Assembly: GCA_051294375.1 (NCBI GenBank)
Contig: CM119267.1
Coordinates: 9,915,458-9,979,457, forward strand
Length of the DNA: 64,000 bases
Direction: 5' to 3'
From: Paraspadella gotoi
Taxonomy: Eukaryota > Animalia > Chaetognatha
Under the pieces are notes generated by a model. That model saw only the letters and a program-made list of their open reading frames with translations, did no database searches and was not told where the DNA came from. Below are positions 15,353-28,400 of this stretch, piece after piece (position 1 is the first letter of the stretch; each line of letters starts with the position of its first letter). The translations under genes were made by a program, and so were the position numbers.

Positions 15353-18020
15353 TGCAAAAATTGTACAAAAAGTCCGTCTGAATAAAATATATTGGGTTTT
15401 TAAACAAATCACCAAAAATGTGAGTATGACCTTGCCACTTCTCGTAAATGCCGAAAAAAAATAAAAAAACTCTTGATTACCTGATATTAGAAAATAAGCC
15501 ACAACCCAATGATTTATTTGCCTTTATAATTCTTTTCCTATAGAGTGTATGAGGTAAATATAAATGTATTATAACTTTTTTATTGCGGACAAAATGTTCA
15601 GTGATTACTCGTACAACAATACATAGTTACTATTTAGCTTTCAAGAAGTAATGATCAAATATAACTTTTGTAGTAATAAGGTTCAAACAAATGCTGAAGT
15701 TCAGTATTATAATAAACTTTAAAAATATATCCATAGGTTTTTCAAAGTCAAAATTAAACGTAACTAGCAGCAAATGTCAGAATATACTATTCTGTTATGA
15801 CAAAATCGCGATACAAAAAATATTTTGTTAAAGAATAAAACAACTCTTATACCCCAGATGCAATAAAAAATATTTAGCATTCAGTTTTACAACCACTTAA
15901 AGAATTTGTTTGTAAAAGTATAATCATTCGCCAGATCACAATTGTTACAGAATACTAAAATCTGATGCGGACTAACAAAAAGGGGAAAAATGCGTATTTT
16001 TTTTTTCCAAACAGGGCGAAGAGTGCCTAAAAAATAAAACGTTTTTATCAAGCTACGGTGTTTATAATAAAAAAGTAAAAAAGTACAACAAAAAGTTTTT
16101 ATTTGAAAACACGAGAACCTCGACTAGTCATATTCAGTGGAGATGCGGTTATAATATACGGGATTCATTGGAACGTGCATCGAATTTATTTAACTAAGTC
16201 CTTTTTTTAAATCTTTTGATTTAAGAAACGTCCTAATCTAATATTGAAATTGTGCTTAGGTTTTAAGTACGAGGTTCAAGTGTAAAATATATGTATATTC
16301 CAAAAAATATAATGATAACCTAATGCAAAAAGACTTCCCCCTCCTTCAATAGATTCTGCTTGATAATCAAAGAAAAATCATTATTGCAGCTATTTTTTCA
16401 ATACAGATAATAAAAATACAAAGCAATATCAAATTACCAAAATCGCAATAATTTAATAACTGTTTCGGTTTGTAAAGTTATTAATACGACTAATATGTTA
16501 AACATTAAACACTTACCTTAGATAAAATTTGACAAGAAAAAGAGTCGTTATGCGTTACTTACATATGATTATAACTTGTTCAATGCATTTCAACACGAAC
16601 AAAAAAGTATCTGAATTAAGCTATTATAAAGTCAGCATAATGCAAATAATCGATATTTCAGAAAGATAAGCCTTTTCACGAGGAGCCACTCGAAAACATT
16701 CAGTTAATAAAATTCGGTTTTCTTTGCTAGAAACTTTGGTGTTGTGTTGCGTTTATTTTTTTTAATTGATTCAACTACATTTTTAGCTCATACATAAAAT
16801 CACATCGGTAAAAACAATTATTAGGCTCATATGAAGTCACGATATTGCTCGATCACAGATGAAATACGTACTATTTTGATTAAAAAAAAAATTATCCATA
16901 AAATAAATCCGAACAAGTGTTCGTAAGATTTCGACATCCTAACGATCCTTCAAAACTTCGCGGAAATCATCAAACAGATAACCTTCCCAAAGGTTGCGAA
17001 GAGCGCGGTTGAAGACGGACGGTATTTATTCTCTCCGTTTTGTTTTGATGTTTTGATTTTTTTTAATGGCACGGATGGATATTTCGTGCTTTTTTGCGGA
17101 CCATGCAACACTCCCATTCTCAGGTAGGATATTTTCGCTTTGTAAAGCCGTCGAAACCAACTAAAACACAACCTGCTGATAGACTTCCTCGCATGTTTGT
17201 TGCCCCTACAAACATTCGAACTTAGCGTTAGCATTCGCGCGAAATACGAAGGATCGTTTTTCTTATTTAAATATCGATGTGAAAGATTTCCAACCACGAA
17301 AAAAATGTATTTAAAAAAAGAAAATCACCGAACAAGACGTGAATATGAAGACTGAGAAAAAATGTTAATCGTAAGTGTTAATGAATTATATAAAAATAGA
17401 ATGAAGTGACAAAAGTACTGATTCATATATGCTGTATGATTAATGATTAGGACCCTATAATGATAGTAACAATTAATGTAACGAATATTCCCGATCATTG
17501 GACGACCACTAAAACTTAACTTAATTTTTTTAGTCTAATAAAAATGGCAGTCGATTATGTAAATAAAGCTAAATGAATATCGTTTTTGTAAATAATTCCG
17601 CTAACTTGTTCCGAGACCGATATCTTGTCCTTTTTTATCAAAAAATCCTCGAACATGGCACCTCAGGCTTTAAAAAATTTTTCGTATCACAAGATCTGCT
17701 ACTGAAAAATGGTAAAAATGGCAGGATAATAATCTAACCTAACTAAGCTTTAAAATCGGGGTTAATCGACAATCCATTTGTTTAAGGAACTAGTTGAATT
17801 ATCATAATTTTTTTGACAGATCCAGATTCCAAAATAGTCGAAGAACCCGATAAGCAAAGTTTTTTTTCTTAACACAGTTTTATTAAGCGATTTTCCTCAA
17901 ATACGTAATTTAATATTATTTTTCTTTGGTTGTACGCCGAATGCTATATCCCAATTTTTCAAAAATAATTCTTTTCTAAATGAAATTCCGTATTTTCCGT
18001 CTCATGTCCGAATTCCAGGA

Positions 18021-21000
18021 TTACAAGTCCACGAGAATTTCTACGTAATTCGTGGGGAAGTATCCTCTCTGCCCGCGAATTTCGCCCTCTAGCCAATTTT
18101 CGTCAAGGCGCGCAAGGAGTGTGATGACGTCTCCCTCGCGAAACGCCAGCTCGCCCTCGTTCTCAATCTCAAAGTCGTACAGCGCACGAACGCATGCCTA
18201 GAACGGTAATGAGGGGGTGATAGAGAATATATATAATATCATTATAAATATATATAATATCATTTATAAGTAAAAGACCAGTGGCTGCGCCAATACATGT
18301 AAATCACTTTCAAAGACTTAAACTGAACTGTAACTGCGGCACTAATACATTTTTTGTACCTGTAAAAATATTCTATAAATCGAAACAATATTATTTTTGT
18401 TTTAATATATGAATAAAATTCTTTGATCAAGACATTGATAAAAAATAAAATAAAATAGAATAAAAAAATACTATTAAAAAAAGATAATAAAAATGTTGAA
18501 GAGCAGGTGCAAGTGAAGATCTAGTGTTAGAAATCTACTATGAAATTAAATTTAATAGTGGCGGGGGTTCAAAACTTTAGTCATGAGGTTTACTTTCAGG
18601 TAAAATTTTTTTTAACAAATCCTCCTAGTTATAGACAAAAAAAAATGAAAAAAAATGGGGAAAAACTTGTACAATTTCAGGGAGTACAGTCTTTCTTTTA
18701 AGGTTAATTTTACCTGTTTTTTAGGTGGTGTAGGAGCAGATGGGGTCGTCGAACCGCTCGGGCGACGCATCGAACCCAAACCACCTAAACGAAAAATCAA
18801 AATTATTTTTGACTTTGTCAAGTTGTAGGACAGAAAACTGTAAACATGAAACGACCTCCGTTGAGACTGTTGTTAGATCCGCCGTAGACGTCGAGGTTGG
18901 AGGAAATTCGTTTTGGAACATGGGGCCGGCTCGGCCTGTTGCTGCTTTCTTGCACCCTGTGTGGATGGAAATGTTAGCGTTTTCAACAACGAAGCAGGTG
19001 GTGCTCGGTGAGCTCTCTGGATCAAATAACTCACTTTTCTTGGATGACGTCATTCAATCTCTCCAAAATGTCGGAACATTGTTTGTGGTAGGCAAGTTGG
19101 GCCTGACGTAAGTCGTAATTATTGAAATTATTTTTAATTCAGTGCTGCGCAAAATAAGTGGCCACGAGGAAGACCGTATTTTTTAAAAACATAAAAAAGT
19201 AAAAGAATCTTTTTGAATGATGAAGCAATTTGTCCAAATCCCATTAAAACAGGCAAATTATTTTTTTTTTAAAAATGGGAAATTATTTTTAAAAAACTAT
19301 CTTTTAAAATTAATAAAGCAGTTGAGAACTTACCCTAGTTTATTTTTAAAGCTTTTTGAATAAGTTTTTTATAACATCACGTATAGTTGATGACTAATAC
19401 AAACCTTTAAATTACAACTGAACTAAATAATCTTTATTTTATTTGTTTACTAATTTAATTTATTGATATTTTTTTTTTAACAAAATTATCATCAAAACGT
19501 TATCTTTAGCAGATATTAATTTTTTTTAATGGAAAGTAAAGATTATTTATTTGCCTACCCTTACATATTACATATTTGTAGTCGGGCATTGCCTGGGTTC
19601 ACCCCGCCTAGAATCATTACACTTTCAGTTGTGACCCGGTGGCTCATTGAGTAAAGCCATCAGCTCATGACCACTAGGTACCGGGTTCAATCCCAACCCG
19701 GTACCTACCCTGCGGGAAGCGTGAGGACGGCCGTAAGCCGCCTTGGGGGCATGGCAAACCCTCAAGCCTGGTTCCAAGCCCAGGGACCCGTTCCATGGCT
19801 GCTAGAGGGGGTTATAGAAGTTACGGACAGTCATCTTCAGCCCACGTAGCGCCTTATCCACATATTTATTTTATTATCTTTAGTTTAAGACAATTCCATA
19901 TAATAAGCATCTGTCATAAAAGGAAGTGTTAAAAATGCCAATCTATAGAAATCCATTTTTCCAATTCCGTCTGAAACTTTTACGGCCTGGTCTGAACCAA
20001 TTAAAATTTTTCTTGCGCCACTCGATAGCTATTTGAAAAAGTGGATTTTTTCATTCACAACTTTTTTTACGCCCGTTCCCATTTAATTGTATTTGAAAAT
20101 TGATACAAAGTTCAATTTTGAAGATTGAAGAAATGTACCTGGCAAAGAGCGCTGATTTGAGATAACTGTTCCACCTCGTTGTCCAAGAGATTAAACATGG
20201 CGGTTTCGGCCAACTCCTTAGATTCTTCGAACTAATTGGAAATAGGATGAAATCAGTCATCGAACGCTTGCTTCTTGAATTTATCTCGATTGTATGCAGA
20301 CCTTTTCCATTGCCGCTCGAATCTCTTCATCTCTCGTGTCTTTTCGACTGTTTTTGTGGTCGTAATCTAAGCGGCGACCTTGCAACTTCTTCCTGTGGTG
20401 AGCCACCTTAAAAATAAAATTCATCGATTAATAAAATCAAGACGGATAGCACGAAAATACAATATCATCGTGACTTTACCCACATTGTGACTACACCCAA
20501 TGGAATAAAGTTGCAAACCTCTCTAAGATCCTTATTCTGGAGATTGTAAAGAGGGTCCAGGAAATTCTGTTTGACGTTGTCCTCCAACGCATATTTTACG
20601 TCAGCCATCTGGTGCAAACTCTCGCCAAATTCGACCAAAGCCGAACCGTAAATTGAGTCTTCTCCGAGCTCTTTGCCATTTTTTACCATGCAATCCCCAA
20701 GCAAACCTGAAAGATAAGTATTAATCGTTGGTTGCATTAAAAGATCGAAGGACAATTCATAATTCGTTATACCTTCAGGCTGCGGATAAGCGCTCTTGTG
20801 CGCTTGACCCCTAACTTTGGAGATTGTATGCATAGTCATTAGTCTGGCTCGTGTCGCAGGATTTGGTTGAAGATATTCCTGCGTTCTAGCCTGAAGATCC
20901 GTGACTAGTTTTTCAGTCACGTCGATCTGAAACAGAGGGAGTACGATTAAATTTAAAAGGCTTTATCGTTATCGGGTTTTCGAGGATTGGGCCATTGGTT

Positions 21001-21133
21001 GAGGGACCTAACGAACCTTTCGTTCCATTTCGGAAAACTCGGCGTCCAGTTCCGTTCCTTTGGCGCCGCCGATTGTTTCCGACAAATACTGATTAGCCTT
21101 GTTAAGTTGTTTCTTCAATCCAGCTAACGACAT
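18021..21133 (-). CDS. Endophilin-A (N-BAR + SH3; SH3GL family), ~7 exons
   Basis: [43 protein letters not shown] and a terminal SH3 [23 protein letters not shown]. Confidence 0.93.
19577..19862 (+). mobile_element. Solo-LTR-like element containing a tRNA-like Pol III promoter
   Basis: TG..CA ends and 4-bp TSD TATT (19573-19576 and 19863-19866). Internal A box TGGCTCATTGAG, CTCATGA loop and B box GGTTCAATCC (~19635-19703). TTCACCCCGCCT resembles the TRIM LTR 5' end. Confidence 0.7.
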
Positions 21134-21954
21134 TTTGATGGCTTAGAAGTTGTTCGCTTATGTGAAAGTGAAATTTTCAATCCCAATTTCTGGAGTCTTG
21201 AAAGGGTTACAATATTTCCAGTTTGGTCGTCGGTTTTTCACGATGCATACAGTAATAGAGTGGCTGTGGGAGGTATTCGTCGATGTTATCGGACAAGAAG
21301 TACACGAAGTGTTGGCCGAAACACCTTGTAAACATGCAAGGTGACAAGCAGATTTTATCGTTGGTTTTAATTTAGTATTTTTTTCGCTTGAGAACTTTGG
21401 GTTTTGTTATTTTTTGTTGATTGCGTTACAATTAGAAGGTGACTAGATTGGATAGTTGGATACTTTAACATGTACAACTACAGTGAAGACAGGACAACAT
21501 GGAAAGCGTGTGGTATGAGTCGTTTCCTAAAGAGAAAAAATAGGGCAAATATATGACAGAAAAAACAAATCACAAACTTTTCAGTAAAATTATTATACAA
21601 ATAATTGGTGCATGATATATTATCTGCTGTCTATCATTTCAATTAGATGTAGAAAATATAAGTTTTCCCAAAGTAGGCAAGAAAAAATATAATATAAATT
21701 TATATTTTTTTTCTTTTGCCAAATGCTAAATTTATATTAGTATCTCAAAGTCAATTCAACGCTTTATCGCAAAAACGATTTCGTTTGGTAATGACTAATC
21801 GCAGATTCTTCTGGCGCAACGAGAATATTAAATTAAGGAGAGCGAGTGATACCATTTATCATATTTACTCGGGGGTCTTGTCAACGTTTGACAGTCCCGA
21901 AGAAAGTTTTTTTTGGCGCTCGAGAAAAGCATAACTGCTAGTTTAAATCCTCTT

Positions 21955-22428
21955 TCATAAATCTAAACAAATCTTTTCCACAATCGTTTCTAAAATTAGA
22001 TTAATATCGGAATCATAATCCTCTCTTAACATTGAAGGCGAACATTTATCGTTTTGCTCGATAATCAAATCCGACGATTTTAAGCGCGAGCGCGAAGAAA
22101 ATGTAATTCGTACGTCGTTCTCGTCGTCGTCGTCAAGAACTTCTCTCCAAACATGATCAACGACGGATATTCGCTGACACGATTCGTTGATCGGGTCGGG
22201 ACTGGCCTCGTCTACGTCGTTTATTCTCTCATTCATGTTTATCTGCCAGTTTACTCCGAAATCCACGCCACCGGAATCTGGCTCTTGACTGGCGCTGCTC
22301 CGGCGTCTCTTCGGAAAATGGGCCAAAAAGGACGCGGAAGGAGCGTGGCACGAATAATTCAGTTGGTTTGAGAGTGATTCTGGAGAGTCAGAAGAGGGGA
22401 GATCAAGTTTTCGCTTCCCCGCTTCCAT
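21955..22428 (-). CDS. Hypothetical ~157-aa protein (no family recognised)
   Basis: Single-exon ORF with exon-like GC content, a KRRR NLS-like motif and a TTTTTTTAG acceptor 16 nt upstream of the ATG. Confidence 0.55.
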   Translation of the reverse strand: MEAGKRKLDLPSSDSPESLSNQLNYSCHAPSASFLAHFPKRRRSSASQEPDSGGVDFGVNWQINMNERINDVDEASPDPINESCQRISVVDHVWREVLDDDDENDVRITFSSRSRLKSSDLIIEQNDKCSPSMLREDYDSDINLILETIVEKICLDL

Positions 22429-22603
22429 CGTTAAGATAATGGAGCTAAAAAAATTACATTCTTGAAATAGTATGAGCACACCCTTTTCATCTATGTCTGC
22501 ATAATGTACATTGTACAATTATTAATGCTTAATGTACAAAAGATTGAGATATTGCAACAAGAGTTTACGACTAGTTTCGACATATACGACACACTTCGTC
22601 GGT

Positions 22604-23994
22604 TTATCGTCTTGAAGTACCCCCGAAACCCGAGGCCGTACGTGACCCACTCGAAGAAGATCCGCCACCAGAGCCACCCCCGAACCCCCTACCGGGGCCA
22701 CCTCCATTGCTCCACCAAGATCCCTATAAAGTATAAAGTAAGGAAAACCTAGAAATCTACAATTTTCATAAAAAACAGACGGATCGACAAGGATACTCAC
22801 AGCGCCGTGACGACGGTTGTTCCAACCGTTGCTCCATCCGGTTCCGTAGTTATCGCCCCAGCCATTGCCCCAGCCATTTCCCCAGCCGTAACCACCACGC
22901 CCATAATTTCTGTTTCCTCCAGACCCAAAAAGATAGCCCAAGAGGCCGCCGGCAAATAGCGAGCCCCACGAAAACCCTTGGTTTTGCTGCTGCTGATGCT
23001 GTTGTTGTTGTTGACGATCTTCGGTTGTGGTGAACGTTCGGCTTCCAGAATCAGCAGTATGTGTGTCAAATCCGTGTATGTTGGAACCACGATGACGCGG
23101 ACCACTACCGAAGTTCCATCCGGCCGGCGGCGGGGACGCGTTGTCGCGGGCCTCTGACAGATCCGGATAGACCCGTGGTCCGTGGGGAGGTCCATCGCTA
23201 GTTGGAGGGTAAGGCGAGTGCCGATGATGTTCTTCGTAGGGAGGTGGTGCACCGGGCATTCGGGTCTCCTCCCCTTCGTAGGCAGAGGGAGCAATGCACC
23301 AAGAATAGAGGACGTAAACAATGATGGCAAAACCGAGAAGAACGAAGAGCGGAGAGAGAGACGTTTCGACGGAGGATGAAAATCCTCCTTTGGTAAAAAA
23401 TTCACCACCATCACCACGACCACCAACACCGCCCCCGCCAAACCAAGAACTTCCACCACCTCCGCGCTTTCTTTGCCCTTCGCGCGTGAACTCGAGGTGA
23501 TATTCTAGACCGCAGGAGCCGCGCAAGACGTAAGGATCATCCGGGTGGTCGAATCCTTCGCAGGACATTTGAATAGATCCGAAACGGACGTCGTTGCTCA
23601 AATCCGCCTTACATTCCCACTGTATTTCGTACCCGTCGAATCCCTTGTTCTCGCACTGGACAGTATCTGGCCTAAAACCAAGTTAATCATGTTAGTAATA
23701 ATTCAAATTTAAGATATATTTGAAAAATTACAGGTTTTTTTTTTTTTTTTATTTGACAAATTATGAAGGCTACGTTTGATAAATAATTTCAGACCAGTAA
23801 GACTCGTCTTTGACGGCAGATCCCCCGACGCATCGGAGCTGCGGAACTCCCGAGGATCGTCGACCCTGCGTTATTCTTCCGCTGTGCAGCGTGACGACTC
23901 GTAAGTCACGGAGCAGAACTTTCTGATGCCCCGCCTGCGTCCTCGCCATCGCGACGATTAAAAGAATTACGGGTAGGAGAGTTCCACTGCCCAT
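22604..23994 (-). CDS. SARAF: Store-operated calcium entry-associated regulatory factor (TMEM66), 3 exons
   Basis: Signal peptide, PQLRCVGGSA, GYEIQWECKADL, CEGFDHPDDPYVLRGSCGLEY, TM helix, PPPY and C-terminal RTASGFGGTSRR*. Confidence 0.93.
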
Positions 23995-24110
23995 GACAAT
24001 TACTAAGTTGTTTTTTTTTTTCGAACAAGTGATCCTTAAAAACTTGAAAAGCTGGAAATAATAAACAAATGGCAATATTGTGGGCAATTTCCGTCTAGCA
24101 ATTTAAAAAT

Positions 24111-24180
24111 TCGAGGTGTATGGACATCGAGCAAATTTCATGCCCGCTTGACAATTAGAAATTCGCCGTCATGATCACTC
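24111..24180 (-). promoter_or_regulatory. SECIS element (type II) in the GPX1 3' UTR
   Basis: Minus strand ATGA-C-GGCGAATTTC-T-AA-TTGTC-aagc-GGGCA-T-GAAATTTGCT-C-GA: UGA/GA quartet, 10-bp helix II, apical AA and mini-stem. Confidence 0.88.
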
Positions 24181-24290
24181 AAAATATTCAAAACCACGGA
24201 AAAGCCAGATTATGAAATAAACTCACTCACGTAAAAGTATATTAACTTAGGAAGTAATCTCCAGGAAAAACACTCAATACAATCCAACAG

Positions 24291-25260
24291 TTAATTTTTA
24301 AATAAGAGATTCAAATCTTCGGCAATTTGCGAGGTAAAAAAATTCCTCGAATAACGCTTGATGGGTTCCCCCTTTGGTGAGATTAAAAACTTTTCGAAAT
24401 TCCACGAAACGTCGGACCGATTAACGGGAGACCAGATGATGTGCAATGGATTCGCCATCAATGGCACTGGGTCGTCACTGAGTGGGATGAAAGGAGGAAG
24501 AGGATATGGGAAGAGTAAATGAGCAGTGGACGCGTGGCGAGACCAAAGGTCCGTTCAACATCTTTCGCGCACGACGATGACTCATCGCTGGACGAACCGA
24601 GTCTGAGAGACTTATGAAAATAAAATATACATCGTTCTTCGCCAAATTTAATTTCTTTATAAAATAATATCTATTTATATATATATATTTATATATATTT
24701 ATATATTTATTTATAAAATAATAATAATGAAAAATGCACTATAAATTATTATAAACCAAAATTAAAAAATCAGAACTTACTGTGGTTGAGGGAGCGCCGA
24801 TTTTAACCAATGAAAGACGGGATGAGTCCCGTCCCCATTGACGATGCACTTTTCCATCAGGACACATTTGGGCTCGTAACCGCCTCCAGGCCGCACATTT
24901 CGCAAACTGTTGAGGATTTCGTCTCCGTCGCCGTTCTCTTGGTGTCCAAACTAATTTTATTGATAAGAGAGGCTATTTGTGCGAAAAATAAGCCGACGCG
25001 TTGATTTGAACACACATAGATACCTGATTGCAGGGAAAAGCCAGGATAACGAGCTTATCGCCGAAAGAGTCAGCGAGCTCGTTCATCTGGGAGTAATCCC
25101 TGGTGGTCGTGCCTCAGAGCGACGCGACATTCTCCACAACGACGGCCTTCCCGCGCAAAGAATCGAACCGGAGCTCTGTGGCAGGATGGCCACCGCACGA
25201 CAAAGTCTTCGCCGTTAAGTCGTAGAACGACTTGAGGCGGGAGGCCGTGAGGCGTACCAT
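24291..25260 (-). CDS. GPX1: Selenium-dependent glutathione peroxidase (GPX1/2 type); TGA at 25116-25114 = selenocysteine; exons ~25260-25025, 24950-24781, 24477-24291
   Basis: [54 protein letters not shown] (tetramer loop present), with a downstream SECIS. Confidence 0.93.
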
Positions 25261-25455
25261 ATTTCCGTTTTGAACAAACGGGCGGGGGACAGGTTTTATT
25301 TGGCGCTGAGAGTATAAAGTCAAAATAAAACCGGTAAAAACATATGAGAAGACCAGCTTCAAAAGGAAGATAGTGATATAAACTAATACAGTATGTAAAT
25401 TCACGTGGATAAAAATTAATTTTAGGCGGTTATTCAGAGAAAAGTCGACAATTGT

Positions 25456-28400
25456 CTACCAATGACTAGTTTTTCGCGACGAGACTGAGGCGGAGGTTTT
25501 TTGCGCCACTCCTTGCATCGCCGTCGCCATTTCGTCCACGAAAGTATTAAAATTATGCACGTGGGTTCCCCCCAATACTACGCGGTGCGAAGGGTTTGTT
25601 CGGTTAAAATTGTTCACCGCGCAGCTCTCCTCGTAGGTGGTTCCGCCGACGACAAAGAGGACGACGTCCTGTGGAACTTCGCGCATCTGACTATTTCCTA
25701 GAAAAGGAAAGTGGTTCTCCCTCAATCCTTTCCCCTTTAGGAGCTCTTCGAGAGTGTCCACGATCAAGGGTCTGTGTTGCGTATAAATGTTTTCGACGCC
25801 TTTGAGTCCCTTCAAAAACTTTTTCGTGATAGCCATGGGGTGCTGGGTGCCGAAGAGATCGTTGTTCCTCGTTTTCACGCCCCCGTAATCCAGCACCATT
25901 GGGACGAGGCGCCGGACACGTTCGCCGACGCCCTTTTTGGCAAGTGCATCGACAATGGAGGAGATCTCGTTGCCCGAGTGGCGTTCGTACCGTAGGGCGT
26001 AAAGCATGGCGACTCGGACTAAATCAACTTCCCTCGCTTTAGGATTAGCGAACAACGATTTCATCTTTTGGAGGACAACGGCGTGGTCCGACTGGCAAGC
26101 CAGTTCCTGCTCCACTTCCGAAACTTCCAGCAAGGCATGGGCCCCCACCAGACGAGAGAGTTCGCCGACGACAGTCACGTGCTTTGAAACGGTTCCACCC
26201 ATCTTTTTAAATTGAGGATAGCTCTCAACGAAGGCTTTCATATCAGCGATACTCTCAACCTTCTGCTGACCCTTGGACTTAGCCTGGAACTCTTCCATGA
26301 GGGTTTTTATATTGTTGCCAATATCTCCGAAGTTGGAATACATGTTCGAGGCATAGAACCCATCGTGCTCTGGCGAGAGAACGAGCTCTTGAAGCTCCTT
26401 GGAAACTCCGGGGACGCCCGCGAGACTGAGTCGGTTGTTGTTTATGCCCAGTAACTCATGAACCATGGCCTTAAAAATAATAAAGAAAGACGTTACTAAA
26501 GTCCAAAGTAAAAAAACCCTGAAAAATTGCCTTCGTCTGCTTCCATCCCAGTCCCACCCAAAATGGGACAAACAAATAATAGGCTAGCAAAACATGGTTA
26601 AAGCGTGTGCGACAAAAAAAAAGCATAATCTTGGAAAAGCTAAAAGGGGAGAAACTTGAGAAATTACGAGCGAAATAACGCGCGTTTGTGAACAGAGAGA
26701 CTAAAAGAGACCAAATATGGAGTCTTAAGTGATTGACAAACAAAAAAAGGCAATCGACGGGAAGATTAACTTTGTGAAATGGGCAAACAAAGAAGAAGCA
26801 TGCGCGGCCACAAAACGCAAACAATATAAAATAAAACCCGTTACAGTTACTATAGTTTTCGTCTAAAAATTGTCTAGAAATCAGTACTGTTAATAAGAAA
26901 TAAAACTAAATTATATTTGTCAATTTCAGATACCTGATAAGTCCACTGGTTAAGCAGGGGCGTAACTGCGTCGTCGCGACGGTCCAAAATGAGAAGCAAA
27001 GGAGCACGGTCCCCCTGACGAAAATCGAACAACGCCGCTTCCTTTGAAATGACATGCCTGACACTCTCCGCCATTTTTCGCGCCATTTCCGAATTGTTTT
27101 GATAGCGAATTACGGGGCATTTCTTTAACGCCAGCAATACGCTGGTCAAACCTTGGACGCTACGAGTTAGGATCTGTTAAAAGAAAACAAGTGTTACATC
27201 ATCGCAGCTGTCTGTAGCTCGATTTCTCTTTTGTTCTTTGGAACTCCTAGCCTTTTTTTCTTTATCCTTTTTTCTTCTTATTATGAATAAAATTTTTTTC
27301 TACTCCATAAGTTTGCTAGTATTTTTCAGTAAAAGTAAAAAACGAGAAAAAAATTTGCATCATAAAATGATTTTTTTAAAAATTAAAAATTATAGATACA
27401 AAAATGTTTAAGCTTGATATCAACAGTCTGGATAATTCTACCCAGTTGTCTTTGAAAAAAAATCGTCATTTTTTATTATCTTCAATTGAAAACAAAAAGC
27501 TTGACACTGCTTTTTTAATATAATAAAATTTAAAAAAAATTACATAGCTGGCGTCATATTTGACAAAGCAAGACATCATTGTGTTAAATTGTTTTGATAT
27601 TTTTCTTTTAAATATAACAACCTTTAAATATGGAATTTAATTCTATTATTTATAGAATAGTCGATTGGAAAGGGATCATAGACCGACTTAATGATTGAAT
27701 TTTTGAGGGTTCTTTACAGCCCCAATTACGCAAAACATAAAAGGTTATTATTATCATGTCACCATGTACAGATTACCTCTACCATTTACGCCACCTGTAT
27801 TTTTTCTTTTTTTCTCTTTCAAATGTATTAAATAAAAAAATATTTGAAAGAACGATCAGCGTAGAGGATGCCGTAAGTTACTCCACTTCCCGATCAAATT
27901 TTTAAACGTTTTTCCCCCCCCCCATCTATTCTAGACTAACTATTGGTACTATTAATTTTTTTAATTTTTTACATTCTCCTTCGCGTAATCAGAGAAACAT
28001 TTGTGTGTCAAAAAAATTACAGAAAAAAAAAGTAAAACGTTCTGAAAAATAAGAAAAATCTATGAAGAAATTTATTTAGAGGAAGTAGCCGCAGATCAGG
28101 TTCCTTTTAGTTTTACAAATTTAGTTATCCAATATTTATTTAAAACCTGCTGAGTCCAGCTGAGACCATGAGCGCATAGGGGCAACGCCTGGGTGAAGTG
28201 ATGCGGAGCGACGGCGATGAAGTCGGCGAAGTACTCGTGAACCTCACGAACGACTTCATGCTCATCCGCCTCGGCGAGGCTCTTAACGTCGGACTTGGGG
28301 ATCACGTTGCTGAAGTACACGTAGTACAATCCGTAGCGAGGATTTCGGAATTCTTGGCACAGTAGATCGACGTTGTCTCGCGTCGGACGCACGAAACACA

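Noticed and set aside
19635-19703. Functional tRNA-Met gene (and tRNA-Gly at 3130)
   Set aside because: The anticodon and acceptor or T stems are imperfect, and both lie inside repeat-like elements.
25114-25116. In-frame TGA as a pseudogene stop
   Set aside because: It is at the GPX catalytic Sec position and a SECIS is present.
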